Of a DNA stretch of 52,630 nucleotides, positions 42,847 to 52,630 are shown one piece after another (within the stretch, counting starts at the first letter, position 1; each line of letters begins with the position of its first letter). The notes below the pieces were generated by a model, which had not been told where the DNA came from, ran no database searches, and saw nothing but the letters and a program-made list of their open reading frames with translations. This stretch comes from a virus (Duplodnaviria > Caudoviricetes), in IMG/VR virus record IMGVR_UViG_3300031111_000529, positions 1 through 52,630 of that record; one strand, 5' to 3'. The position numbers were made by a program, and so were the translations under genes.

Positions 42847-43884
42847 ATGGCCTACAGCGCGACCTGGGAGAACGGCAACGCACAGGGCAGGCTGGACGCC
42901 GGCGTGCACTTCGCCTGCCTGTCCGACGCCGACGAGCTGGCCGAGAGGGTGAACCGACGCAGGCGGCTGGTGTACCAGTACGGGCAGGACTTCTCATCGG
43001 CAATCTACAGCGGCGCGTGGGTGGAGAACGACTTGCTGGCCGAGGAGACCGTTCCTCCCTTTACCAACCTTCGCGCGAACATAACCGGCACGATACTTGA
43101 GCCGGCCGTGGGTGGCCTGGGTGGGACGCCTGCCACGCCGCAGGACATGGACTGGCTCTGGCCGGTAGGCGACGGGGATCAGGGCAAGATTATTGTCGGG
43201 AGTGCCGCCGGCGAAGGCGAGGTCAACCTATTCCAGAAGCTCAACGGTACGACCTACTGGACGGATACCAACCTCCTTCCTGGGCAGACGGGGGTGCGGG
43301 CGGTGCACTTCAATGAGCTTCGCCAAGCCATCGAGTGGATACACCGCGGCCGATGGCGGCTGCCGATCTACTTCTCGGCAGGGATCTTCTCGATCCTGCC
43401 GGATACGCCGTGGCTCGACCAGGCCGTCGCCAACAACGGCTCAGACGAGGTCAGAAGCATCGGCTTTGCACTGCTCGTGCCATCTGGGACGCCCATCCGC
43501 GGGCCTATCGACGTGGACGTGCGCAACGCCAGCGCGCTCTCCATCACCGCCGACAAGGACTGCACCATCCAGGCATATCACTGCCTCCGACCGATCGTGT
43601 GGGATACCGATCCGCCGTCCTGGAATGAGTATCAGCCCAACGCCAACAAGGCATGGACGACTGCGGGCGGCGTGGGCGAGGGCGACTCGACGCTGATCGG
43701 TTCCGTTGCCTTGACGGCCGACGAGCCGGGGAGCATATCGAACTCCGCACTTGCTTCGGCACTGCAGGCCATGGTCGATGGGGCCGAGACGAACTTCCTC
43801 CTCCGCCGCGCCGACACCGGCTCACCGACCATCAACATATCCGGCGAAGTTACCATCGAGTTCGATCTGGACCCCGATGGGTGA
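42847..43884 (+). CDS. Tail tip / receptor-binding-like protein
   Basis: Last gene of the tail operon; WTD..L.....VRAVHFNELRQAI motif; DNRLRE-like C-terminus (SWNEY...WTTAGG). Confidence 0.65.
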   Translation: MAYSATWENGNAQGRLDAGVHFACLSDADELAERVNRRRRLVYQYGQDFSSAIYSGAWVENDLLAEETVPPFTNLRANITGTILEPAVGGLGGTPATPQDMDWLWPVGDGDQGKIIVGSAAGEGEVNLFQKLNGTTYWTDTNLLPGQTGVRAVHFNELRQAIEWIHRGRWRLPIYFSAGIFSILPDTPWLDQAVANNGSDEVRSIGFALLVPSGTPIRGPIDVDVRNASALSITADKDCTIQAYHCLRPIVWDTDPPSWNEYQPNANKAWTTAGGVGEGDSTLIGSVALTADEPGSISNSALASALQAMVDGAETNFLLRRADTGSPTINISGEVTIEFDLDPDG

Positions 43885-43979
43885 TGTGGGCTAGGACGAC
43901 CGGCCCACTTGCGTCGTCCCCCATCACTGTGGCCCGTCCAGTCTCGGCCGCCTTACCGCCCGCCAGGAAGACTACCGAC

Positions 43980-44002
43980 GCCCCCGGCGGGGGGCACTCT
44001 TC
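43980..44002 (+). terminator. Hairpin at the end of the late operon
   Basis: GCCCCC-GGCG-GGGGGC followed by ACTCTTC (weak U-tract). Confidence 0.35.
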
Positions 44003-44116
44003 GCAGTAGTTGCTGTTGGTGCTGCCCCAGACTCATGCACAAGCCAACGTAGACGTAAGGCAGTGCGAATCGTACCTACATAGGATGGACCTTTCCTCAT
44101 ATCTGGTCCATTCCCG

Positions 44117-47100
44117 CTACACCGACTCAATAACGAACCATTCGCCATTGGCCAATTCGAAGGTGCCGCTTAGGCAATTCGCGCAGCTTACTATTGCGCT
44201 GCCGGTCACCTGCAACGAAGGGATGTTCGGACCACCGACCCACGGGCCGTAGAGCAGTCCGCAGCCCAGGCCTAGTCTCTTCGCGTCCCCGTCGATCACC
44301 AGCTTGCAGTCCAGGTCTCCCAAGAACAGGCTACCCACGTCGCCCGCAATATAGCTCGTGCCGCCGTTGCCCAGCCGGCCGGCTATCTTGCCTCTCCTCA
44401 AAGCAACACTATCCGTCGAGGAGAGTTCGAAGTGGGCCTGGAGGTCACCGGCAATCGCCTCAAGCCCTCTCCGACGGTTAGCCCTACGGCCTGTCGTCAT
44501 GATCGTACCGATCCAAGGTGCGCGAATGACATCGATCTGGTCGTCTGTGTCAAGCCACTCGATGGCCCTAAGGGACTGTATAGGCAATCCATGCGTGTCG
44601 ATGCTGGTATCTGCCAAGCGGCCGAACTGCATGGTGACCTTGTCCCGCCGGGATATCGGCCCACCACTCGCGTTGATTTCTATCAGGTGCGAATCGGCGA
44701 CATTCCGCAGCGTCATCCTCTTTAGTAGTCCGTCCACGCGCATGTTGCCCAGCAGATCAGTTGTCTGAGCCAGCAGATTCTTGAGCGAGCCATATACGAT
44801 GATGTCGCCAACTGTGGTGGACGAGCCGGCTCCTCTTGTCTGAATCTTCAGTGATGAGGTCAAGTCTGTCTCGGCGAGCATGATCTGGCCTATGTCGCTA
44901 TTGCCACTTCGATCAAAACTCAGCCACGCTCTGCCTTTGCATGACAGAGACACGATCACCAGATCCCCGCTGGCGTCATAGAACGAGTACCTCTCGCCTG
45001 CCGCCAGCTCAATTACTGGCCCCACGTCAATGGTCACAGTGGCCGGTGAGCTGGCGAGAACGTTGCCGCTGCTGCCGGCAGGATCACCAGTATCTGTGAC
45101 AGTGAAGCTGAAGGTGTCGATCCCAGCGAAGCCGGCGTCCGGCACATAGCGGAAAAGCCCATGCCCGATGTCCTCCAGTGAACCATGCTGAGGCCCGCTG
45201 GTTACTGTGAAGGTCAAGTTGGCAAATGGGGTCTCCAGATCGCTGCCTTCGAGGTCCATAGAAATAGATTGCCCGCCCGGCCCGTTCAGAGCCAGATTCT
45301 GCGCAGTCGGCAAGTCATTCACTGGGCTGACAGTGATATGGACCGTGGCTGTATCTGACACGCCATCGGCTGAGATTGTGTAAGTGAAGCTATCCTCACC
45401 GTTGAAGTCTGGGTCCGGCTGGTACGTGAACGTCTCGTCGGGCGAATGAACGAGGCTGCCGTGAGCAGGCTGAGACCACTCAGTCAGGTTCTGTGCGTTC
45501 GTATCATCAGCCAGGAAGTCGATCTCCTGATGGCCGCCATCCTCATCAAAGGTGAAGTGATCATCGACGGCGTCAATCACGGGGATGGTCATTGCCGACA
45601 TCGCCGCCGAAGGAGTGGTTTCGTTCGCGTTGGCGGACCTGTCCCTGGTCTTGACGAGATAGGTGTAGGTTGTGCCTGGCGACAACTCCAGATCCTCGTA
45701 GACAGGATTGTCCTGCCACTCGCTGTCGTTTCCGCCTGGATTCCCCGAGGTCTCCTCGAAGTAGTATTCGACGCCACTGGGATCGTCGGCTGTCGTCGCA
45801 ACCATCCTGATCGAAGTATGACCTGTTGCATACGGTGCTGTCTCCCACGTACTGGGATCCGGATACGGAGCAAGGTCATCCGGCTCCTCATCAGGTGTGG
45901 CCGGCAGCTCTGTTGACGGGCCTGCTTCGTTCAGATTGGCTGACATATCCCGGGTCCAGATCCTGTAGGCGTAGGTCGTGCCCGGCAGCAAGCCACCGTC
46001 CTGATATACCGGGTCGGACTGCCAACCGCTGTCGTCTCCGCCGGGATTGCCGGTAGTCTCCTCGAAGAAGTACTCAACTCCGCTTGGGTCCGTCACTACG
46101 ATCGACGCCATCTCGATCGACGTGGGGCCCGTCGCATAGGGGACAGTCTGCCAGCTTGGGGCGGGTGTCGGCGGAGTTTCGTCCTCATCATTGACGATGG
46201 TTACCTGGTGCGTTGTGTCTATGCCTGCATAGGAAGCAGTTATTGTGCACACCTGATCCGACGGCACCGACGAGGCCGTGAGCTTGCCAGTGTGATTGAT
46301 GGTGGCATACTGCGAATCCGTCTCCCAGGAAACCGAGTTCGTTATGTCCTGGTCGCTGCCATCGTCATAGAAGGCCGTGCAAGTGTAGTTGGCAGAGCCG
46401 TTCTCGGTTGCCTCTGTCGGGCCGGTGATGGCAATGCCGGTGAGACTGATGTCGTCATCGAAGATATTGACGGTTGCGCCAGCCGATGAGCCGACGGCAT
46501 AGCCTGCCCCATCAGTCACCGTCAGCTCGAGCAGCTCAACCTGTTCGCCAACAGCGTCGTCCACCGGTACCACGATGATGCTGGCAGTGGACGAGTTGAC
46601 TACGATGCTCGCCGTACCTGCAGTTACATCCAGGTTCGTGATCGACGCGCCAGGAGTGTCTGTAGTAAGGGTGAAATCATCTCCGTAGAGCGGCACAGCA
46701 GTGCCGACCGTCGGCCAGGCAAAGTTGATGGTTAGGGGCCAGCTGTCATCGCCGTCTGCGATATTGATGGTGAACGCTCCGGTATCTGCGCCCGGTTCCG
46801 ATGCGTCGGCATCACTGGCTTCGATCTGGACCGTCGGCAGGGCTGGCTCAGTGGCAAGGACCGAGATTGTGTAGCTGTCTATCGTGTCGTTGTTGTTGTA
46901 TTCATCGATCTTGACATAATAGATGCCTGGATCGAGAGCGTCTCCGCCGGTCCGCACGATGCGCGAGAAGTTGTCATTCCCGCCGTCGTCGTCATATTCG
47001 ATCTCATTGGACCAGTTGTTCGGCCCATACAGCCACATGCGGGTGTCTCCGGAGGAGCCATCCGTCTCTATTGTGATATTGGACCTTTCTGCGAGCGTGA

Positions 47101-50100
47101 AGCTGACCCAGTCCACATCGGAGCCGACGTGTATGCTGTGTTCCTGCGGCGTGCCATCAGTGGGTATTGCCGTTGCCCGGCTGGCAAGATCGTCATCTTC
47201 ATAGTCATCGCCGGGGTCTATGATCACGCCCGTGCCGGTCAGACTGATCTGGTAGCTTCCTTCGTCGGGGTCGTCACTGTGTAGCGTCAGAATATCGGTG
47301 AATTCGTCTTCGTCGGTCGGTGAGAAGGTGACGGTGAAGGTCTGTGTACCGCCAGGTGCGATGACCCAGTTATCGCCGGGCCCGCTTCCGTTGGTGGGGT
47401 CGATCTCGAACGGCTGTCCGAGCCCGGAAGCCCATTGGACGGTGAGATCGCCATCCCCTTGATTGCGGATCGTGAAGGTCTCCGCATCGCTACTGCTGGC
47501 CTCAACATTGCCGAAGCTATAGTCGTGCACACCGTCCGGGCGGCCAGGCAGTTCGACGTCGATATCTGGCGTGAGCACATAGGCTGTTCCGTAAAGCTCC
47601 ACATCATGCCTTACGTAATCCCGACCAGGTTTCGTCTCAAGATACAGCCTCAGTTCTCCTTGGTGATCCCCCTCGCTTTGGGGCGAGTATGTAATGGTGA
47701 ACGCCCGGGACTCGCCTGGAGAAAGCAGCTCATCATCTTGCTCGTCAGTGGGATCAAGGGCAGCCAGTATCCCGAAGGGCAAGCCATGTATTGATGCTCC
47801 AGTCAAGATTACGTCTTCGTTGCTCTCGTTGGTGATGAGGACAGTCGCCGAGGTGCTGTCTCCCACGAGGACGTACCCGAAGTCATGTGCCTGGATGCCC
47901 AGCAGTCCATCTGTCTGGACCGTGAACTCCAGCTGGTCGAACCCCGACGACCATTGCCAGGGATCAAGCCAGCGTAGCCCATCACCGCCAAACACGAGGC
48001 CGAATGGGCCATTGTCCCCGATCTCGGCCCACCCATACAGACTGGGTTGCCCCCATGTTCCGGGGAAGAGGCCCCAGCTTGACGATGTACCAGCAAGTTC
48101 CGGTGCTCGACCAACAACCTGTAGGCCAAAGTCGTCCCATGGCAACGCTTGAAGATTTCCCCAGTGATACTCCGTGTCGTGCGAGTTTCCTTGATGCCCT
48201 GGCGTAAACCAGTCTGTTTCGCCTGCTGAGTAATAGCTCGCGTGTCCCCCGAGCCCGACAAACACATCCGGATGCCCATCCGCGCCCGCTGCCATTTCCC
48301 ACGGAACCGTCTGTCCGCCGTCAAGCATCCACGGCTCGAGCCCGGGCACAGTTGTTGACCATCCCTCCCAGTGCCTTTCGTGCTGGGCGCAGGCAAGCCT
48401 TGTCGGTGCAAAAAACGGACCCGCTGGATCCCGCTCAAGGAATACGGTGATGCCCTCCCAATCGCCTTCGTGAGTATTGTAGCCGCCGTGGTCCTTCCAA
48501 TTACTGTACTCGTAGAGGAACCAGTAGTTGATCGCTATGGTGCCCTCCTCCCATAGGTCAGAAACGATGGACGAATATATGACCCGCGGTGTGTTGTCGG
48601 GGACAGTGCGGGAAAACTCTAGATCCAGATAGGCATTCGCGTCCGCGACGGTGCCCAGGGACCCAGACAACTCAACGTCCTGTCCGTCAACAACAAGATT
48701 CGCGGTTTGGATAAAGGCCTCTGCGGATATCGGGACGTAGTCTTCACTGCCGTTGAAGTAAAGGTTCGGTGCATAAGCACTGGCCAGGTCGCCGAAGTCG
48801 GTCACGCCGAAGGAGTTGCCCAGCCCGTCCTCAAAGACGAGTTCAGATAGGACGCCCTGACTCATCGAGGGGCGATCACTTACGAAGGACGTTTCTAGCC
48901 TATCCTCCGAATGCGGGCCAGTGAGGGTAAACGTCACCCCTTCAATCATGTAGGCATCTGGTGCCTGGATGTACTGGATCTGCAACATGTATTGATCAGC
49001 ATCCAGATAGGGGATCGTGGCGACCCACCAAGTGCCGATTCCGAAGACTCGCTCAAAGGCATAGGAGTCATTTCCGATGGTCACGTAGGGGACGTAGGGG
49101 TCGTCAACCAGGTCGAATCCGCTCCCCGAGCCCTCGAAGGTAACTTTGAGTGTATACTCCCCGCTTGATCCTGCAGTGATGTCCACATCGACGGCGAACA
49201 CGTCAGACGCATACGCCCACCAACGGCTGATGGTATCAATCATGCTGACGCCGGATTCTACCGTGATGGGTATGGACAGTTCGTTGTTGTCCTCGTCGCT
49301 CTCATCAACTGTCTTATAGACATGGCTGCCCGTATAATCGGCAACGGCAGTCAGGTAATAGGTCCCTGGCGCGACGTCAGGGATCACGAAGTTTGGCTCT
49401 AGTGGTGCTTGCGTTGGGCTATCGGGGGATTCCTGAAGATAGCTCAAGACGCCGACGTTGGGGATGTTCCCTTCGCCGATGAATACCTCGCGGCTACCCT
49501 GTGTTGATCCCCACCAGTAGCCTATCTGGCTCTTGGGGGCGTCGCCCAGATCGAAGTTCTTGACGATGGCATCGATTTCAATGTCGTCCCCGGGAATCAC
49601 TGTTGTCTTGGATGGTACCAGTGATATCACGCGGAGGTCCGGCTTTGGAGGCTCACTCACATCGAAGATCACGGACTTACTATCGTTCTCCGCACCATCC
49701 GGCTCGTCGATGTCGTCATCGGCGTCCGCCACCGCCGTAATGTAGTAGCGACCAGGATCGAGGCCGGCATCGACTGCCCATGAGATGCTGTCCTCTTCTT
49801 CCTCGCCTACCGATATCCCGTTGATCTCATACAGATTGGGCGTCCAACCCCATCCGATCTCCTGCCACAACTCTCCAGAACTTCGGCCGATGTAGTATCG
49901 GACCTTGCACCACTTGTTCCAACCGGTATCCACTTCCCCATCATTCTTGGTATCTGATGTAATGGAGATGCTCTGACCGACATGGCCACTGCTTTCAGAC
50001 AGGATCAGCCTGCTAATGACCAAGTCAGGCTTGGGTGGCTCATTGACATGGATCGACCAACTGACACTAGCGGTATCCCCACTCTCATCAGCAAATACAC

Positions 50101-50836
50101 AAGTCAGCGCATAGTCTCCAGCAACATCGAAGCGATGAGAGTAGCTACTTATGATGTCTGACTCGTGCCCCATGTAATCGTGGTCTGAATCGTTCTCTGG
50201 GCCCGACAATGTCCAATCCGCATAGTCGATATCGCCACCAGCATCTTGGCCGCGCGCTTGGAACGTGTAGTTCGTATCATAGTCAAGAGTCTTAGAACTG
50301 TCTTCAGGCGAGTATCTGGACGCCGTCGGATCAGGGTCCCGGACAGAAACTTGATGCACTGTAGAGCTGCCATCCGGATTGGAGCCATTCCAGTCGTTAT
50401 CATCAATCTCGGCCCACACAAACAACTCAACGCCATTGCCGCCGTCGTCATGGGCGCTCAGATCGATGTCGTAGAACCAATCGTAGTACCAAGTGTCTTG
50501 GCTGGAGATTTCAAACGGGTTGTCCTTCTGCGAGATGTTGTTGTAGATGTTGCTCCAATCTGCATTGTTGGAAGAGTTCCCGTCATCATCGTCGCGAAGA
50601 TCCAAGTCGGTGACTTGCCAAGGGCCATCGTTGTCATCACCGCTGAGTTTGATGCGCACCCTCACGTCGACTAGTTCGCCCGGATCAACTTGAGTGGGAC
50701 AAGAGTAGATTTCTGCGGTGACCGTGCCATCGAGCAGCAATCTAGGTTCAAGCTGTTCGAGAAGCGGAGATGCTTCACAGGAGTCCGGATTCTCTGATAG
50801 TGTGACTCGTCGTTGTCTCAACCCATCAAGACCCAT
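44117..50836 (-). CDS. Giant multidomain surface protein with LEPRxLL planctomycete extracellular motif (host gene)
   Basis: LEQLEPRLLLDG; two CARDB-like repeats (KPDL.I...DE.DE.NN); Vps62-like YWFLY...HEGDWE; two ASH/choice-of-anchor-D-like; PPC-like (DDYEDDD...DVDW); Calx-beta-like; two FN3-like; tandem-95/Big_9 repeats. Confidence 0.9.
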   Translation of the reverse strand: MGLDGLRQRRVTLSENPDSCEASPLLEQLEPRLLLDGTVTAEIYSCPTQVDPGELVDVRVRIKLSGDDNDGPWQVTDLDLRDDDDGNSSNNADWSNIYNNISQKDNPFEISSQDTWYYDWFYDIDLSAHDDGGNGVELFVWAEIDDNDWNGSNPDGSSTVHQVSVRDPDPTASRYSPEDSSKTLDYDTNYTFQARGQDAGGDIDYADWTLSGPENDSDHDYMGHESDIISSYSHRFDVAGDYALTCVFADESGDTASVSWSIHVNEPPKPDLVISRLILSESSGHVGQSISITSDTKNDGEVDTGWNKWCKVRYYIGRSSGELWQEIGWGWTPNLYEINGISVGEEEEDSISWAVDAGLDPGRYYITAVADADDDIDEPDGAENDSKSVIFDVSEPPKPDLRVISLVPSKTTVIPGDDIEIDAIVKNFDLGDAPKSQIGYWWGSTQGSREVFIGEGNIPNVGVLSYLQESPDSPTQAPLEPNFVIPDVAPGTYYLTAVADYTGSHVYKTVDESDEDNNELSIPITVESGVSMIDTISRWWAYASDVFAVDVDITAGSSGEYTLKVTFEGSGSGFDLVDDPYVPYVTIGNDSYAFERVFGIGTWWVATIPYLDADQYMLQIQYIQAPDAYMIEGVTFTLTGPHSEDRLETSFVSDRPSMSQGVLSELVFEDGLGNSFGVTDFGDLASAYAPNLYFNGSEDYVPISAEAFIQTANLVVDGQDVELSGSLGTVADANAYLDLEFSRTVPDNTPRVIYSSIVSDLWEEGTIAINYWFLYEYSNWKDHGGYNTHEGDWEGITVFLERDPAGPFFAPTRLACAQHERHWEGWSTTVPGLEPWMLDGGQTVPWEMAAGADGHPDVFVGLGGHASYYSAGETDWFTPGHQGNSHDTEYHWGNLQALPWDDFGLQVVGRAPELAGTSSSWGLFPGTWGQPSLYGWAEIGDNGPFGLVFGGDGLRWLDPWQWSSGFDQLEFTVQTDGLLGIQAHDFGYVLVGDSTSATVLITNESNEDVILTGASIHGLPFGILAALDPTDEQDDELLSPGESRAFTITYSPQSEGDHQGELRLYLETKPGRDYVRHDVELYGTAYVLTPDIDVELPGRPDGVHDYSFGNVEASSSDAETFTIRNQGDGDLTVQWASGLGQPFEIDPTNGSGPGDNWVIAPGGTQTFTVTFSPTDEDEFTDILTLHSDDPDEGSYQISLTGTGVIIDPGDDYEDDDLASRATAIPTDGTPQEHSIHVGSDVDWVSFTLAERSNITIETDGSSGDTRMWLYGPNNWSNEIEYDDDGGNDNFSRIVRTGGDALDPGIYYVKIDEYNNNDTIDSYTISVLATEPALPTVQIEASDADASEPGADTGAFTINIADGDDSWPLTINFAWPTVGTAVPLYGDDFTLTTDTPGASITNLDVTAGTASIVVNSSTASIIVVPVDDAVGEQVELLELTVTDGAGYAVGSSAGATVNIFDDDISLTGIAITGPTEATENGSANYTCTAFYDDGSDQDITNSVSWETDSQYATINHTGKLTASSVPSDQVCTITASYAGIDTTHQVTIVNDEDETPPTPAPSWQTVPYATGPTSIEMASIVVTDPSGVEYFFEETTGNPGGDDSGWQSDPVYQDGGLLPGTTYAYRIWTRDMSANLNEAGPSTELPATPDEEPDDLAPYPDPSTWETAPYATGHTSIRMVATTADDPSGVEYYFEETSGNPGGNDSEWQDNPVYEDLELSPGTTYTYLVKTRDRSANANETTPSAAMSAMTIPVIDAVDDHFTFDEDGGHQEIDFLADDTNAQNLTEWSQPAHGSLVHSPDETFTYQPDPDFNGEDSFTYTISADGVSDTATVHITVSPVNDLPTAQNLALNGPGGQSISMDLEGSDLETPFANLTFTVTSGPQHGSLEDIGHGLFRYVPDAGFAGIDTFSFTVTDTGDPAGSSGNVLASSPATVTIDVGPVIELAAGERYSFYDASGDLVIVSLSCKGRAWLSFDRSGNSDIGQIMLAETDLTSSLKIQTRGAGSSTTVGDIIVYGSLKNLLAQTTDLLGNMRVDGLLKRMTLRNVADSHLIEINASGGPISRRDKVTMQFGRLADTSIDTHGLPIQSLRAIEWLDTDDQIDVIRAPWIGTIMTTGRRANRRRGLEAIAGDLQAHFELSSTDSVALRRGKIAGRLGNGGTSYIAGDVGSLFLGDLDCKLVIDGDAKRLGLGCGLLYGPWVGGPNIPSLQVTGSAIVSCANCLSGTFELANGEWFVIESV

Positions 50837-51052
50837 TTCGTAGCCCTTTCGTGCCAACAGCCGCCCTGACCAGTGGCGTAGCGACGCCCACCGGCAATCA
50901 GGAACAGTATCCCCTGGTAGAGGCGCACCCACTCCCCAGGCCACATCACGTCGGACAGGTAGAATGCTGTGGGAAACAGATAGGATCGGCCCTCAGTCTG
51001 GACTTCCCGGCTGAGGCCCCAACTCCCACGCTGTAAGACACATGTGAAAAGC

Positions 51053-51080
51053 ATCTTACCACGGCAATGGGAAATGTCAA
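51053..51080 (-). promoter_or_regulatory. Sigma70-type promoter of the surface-protein gene
   Basis: TTGACA-N16-TAAGAT with extended TGn. Confidence 0.6.
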
Positions 51081-51439
51081 CGGTTTTCCCTAGATTGAGA
51101 TCAGCTCAATCATCAGCGGCGGTCTTCAGCGACTTGTCCACCCGTAGCTCGGGGGGTGCCACTGTTGCTTCTCGTCGAGGATAGATGGTGAGGCCCCCTT
51201 CTCGGACAAGAGCGGCGCTAATGCAGAACGAGCAGGGGACGGGTGTTCAGGTTGTTCCAGGGCAAAGGGCCACCTAATCGGGGTGGCTGGTGAACAAGGC
51301 AGGCCGAGGCACCGCAGATTGGGGGGGCGAAGGGAGCCCGCGACATGGACTTTGGGCAGTTCCGGAGTTACGATTCGTTCCCGATGTGCTCTGGCACCTG
51401 CTGGTCCGACTGACCAGAACGACGTCGAAAGGGAAGCAT

Positions 51440-52630
51440 ATGGTCAAGCGAGTAGCACTGGCCGGCGTGGTGTGCCAGTTGTGCGCACTACTGTTCACCG
51501 GCTGCACCAATACTCTCCGGGAGATACCGACAGGGGAATGGCGTGGCCGCGGGGCCTTCGTGGACTATGAAGCGTCGTTCAGGAAAGGCGGAGCCCGTCA
51601 GCCACGGACGCGCACGAACACCCGCTCGTATGATACGTTCCTGAAGATCACCAAGACACGAGCATACGGCCGTGACACAGTGGTACTGTCCATCCGATCC
51701 GACCGTGGGCCGCTCTTCAATGTCCCGTTCGATAGGACTGAGGGTGAGGTAGGACTGGTGGAGATGGCGATGCTTCCTGGTGGAGTAGTATTGTACGCGG
51801 TCCTGTCGAGCGACGACCTGCATGAAGGATATGCAGACGACGCGGCTCTGCCAGAGGATACGGTCGCCTTCGCGACACTGATTCCGGTGGACCAAGGAGT
51901 TGTATTGCAGGTTGGTTATGACAGGCTGGCCTCTGACATGTGCTTCATTGACACCTACACATTCGCCCACGGGCAAGTCTCCAAGACAGGGAACGCACGA
52001 TTTGAGAAGACCAGCAATGGCGAGAAGTACATCGAGGTATTCTGGGCAGAGGAGTTCAAGCTAGTCGGCACAACGGGGGAACTTGGCCCGTTTCCTGGTT
52101 CCGATCCGCAGTGGCAGGCGTATGTGGCTGCTGAGGAGGAGGCATACAGGTTCGCATCAGAGGTGCTGAAGCGGGATCCTGATGACTTCGTCAAGGACGT
52201 GCATCTGGGAGGCATGATCTATCATGATAGGGATCTTGAAGTAAATGACGGGAAGTTCGTTGCCAAAGGTTCGTCAGACGCGGGAAGGCAAGTAGTCATG
52301 GTGGACCAGGCTCACCATAGCCTCTTGGTCGGGGTGCCCCTTGAGGGACCACCCAGCGGCACCTATGGCTTCCAGGTCCGGTTTGGCTACATCAACCATG
52401 CTGGAACGCAGAGGGTCTTCCTCAGCAAGGGAAGCCTGGGAGTGCTATACGAGCGAGAGACTGGAAGATGGACCAGGCAATACGTTGACATCATCGATCT
52501 AGCGAATGACAGAGCATTCGACGCCGGGAACATACGCGCACGAGGCAAGACTGAGACACCCGAGCAAGAGATCGCCAGATACCTAAAGCTGGCCCGCGAA
52601 CTGGAGAGCCGCTATCCGGGCGGCGGCTGA
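51440..52630 (+). CDS. Hypothetical lipoprotein (host gene)
   Basis: AAGGGAAG RBS; MVKRVALAGVVCQLCALLFTG-C lipobox. Confidence 0.75.
   Translation: MVKRVALAGVVCQLCALLFTGCTNTLREIPTGEWRGRGAFVDYEASFRKGGARQPRTRTNTRSYDTFLKITKTRAYGRDTVVLSIRSDRGPLFNVPFDRTEGEVGLVEMAMLPGGVVLYAVLSSDDLHEGYADDAALPEDTVAFATLIPVDQGVVLQVGYDRLASDMCFIDTYTFAHGQVSKTGNARFEKTSNGEKYIEVFWAEEFKLVGTTGELGPFPGSDPQWQAYVAAEEEAYRFASEVLKRDPDDFVKDVHLGGMIYHDRDLEVNDGKFVAKGSSDAGRQVVMVDQAHHSLLVGVPLEGPPSGTYGFQVRFGYINHAGTQRVFLSKGSLGVLYERETGRWTRQYVDIIDLANDRAFDAGNIRARGKTETPEQEIARYLKLARELESRYPGGG

Larger units (their letters stand above)
60..44000. mobile_element. Prophage, lambda-like siphovirus architecture; boundaries approximate
   Basis: Integrase at the left end, then replication, terminase, portal, protease-capsid, tail tube, chaperone, tape measure and tail genes in canonical order. 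A host-type gene resumes at 44117. No att core found; the left att may lie outside the window. Confidence 0.93.

Noticed and set aside
43885-44116. attR / tRNA fragment at the right prophage boundary
   Set aside because: No tRNA-like sequence and no convincing direct repeat shared with positions 1-67 (only short GCAGT/GTTGC words); the left att is probably outside the window.

Overview
Positions ~60-44,000 hold an apparently near-complete lambda-like (siphovirus-type) prophage. The host is probably a Planctomycetota bacterium, judged from the LEPRxLL-motif giant surface protein at 44.1-50.8 kb. Gene order: tyrosine integrase/excisionase; an RM-like defence pair (PLD-SNF2 helicase plus adenine MTase-TRD); an N-terminal-Gly helical protein plus a QueC/QatC-like enzyme with an extra C-terminal HTH-like tail; a small conserved protein, a structured RNA leader and an ECF-like sigma factor; replication genes with two antisense nuclease morons; ParB-MTase; an antisense operon of small genes; then terminase, portal, protease-capsid and tail genes. 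No CI/Cro repressor, endolysin, att core, tRNA or CRISPR array was recognisable. The most notable signal is a possible repressor-less activation cascade with four parts. (1) A QatBC-like (putative protein-deazaguanylation) module with an HTH-like tail. (2) Phased 10-bp repeats directly downstream. (3) An RNA switch that can hide the sigma-factor RBS. (4) A 39-bp bipartite motif, TCCGACG-N13-CGGGGTAAGTAACTAATAG, found three times: before the xis/int, replication and head-tail operons. The sequence elements are seen directly; the cascade linking them is inference. Family assignments come from motif recognition, not database searches.
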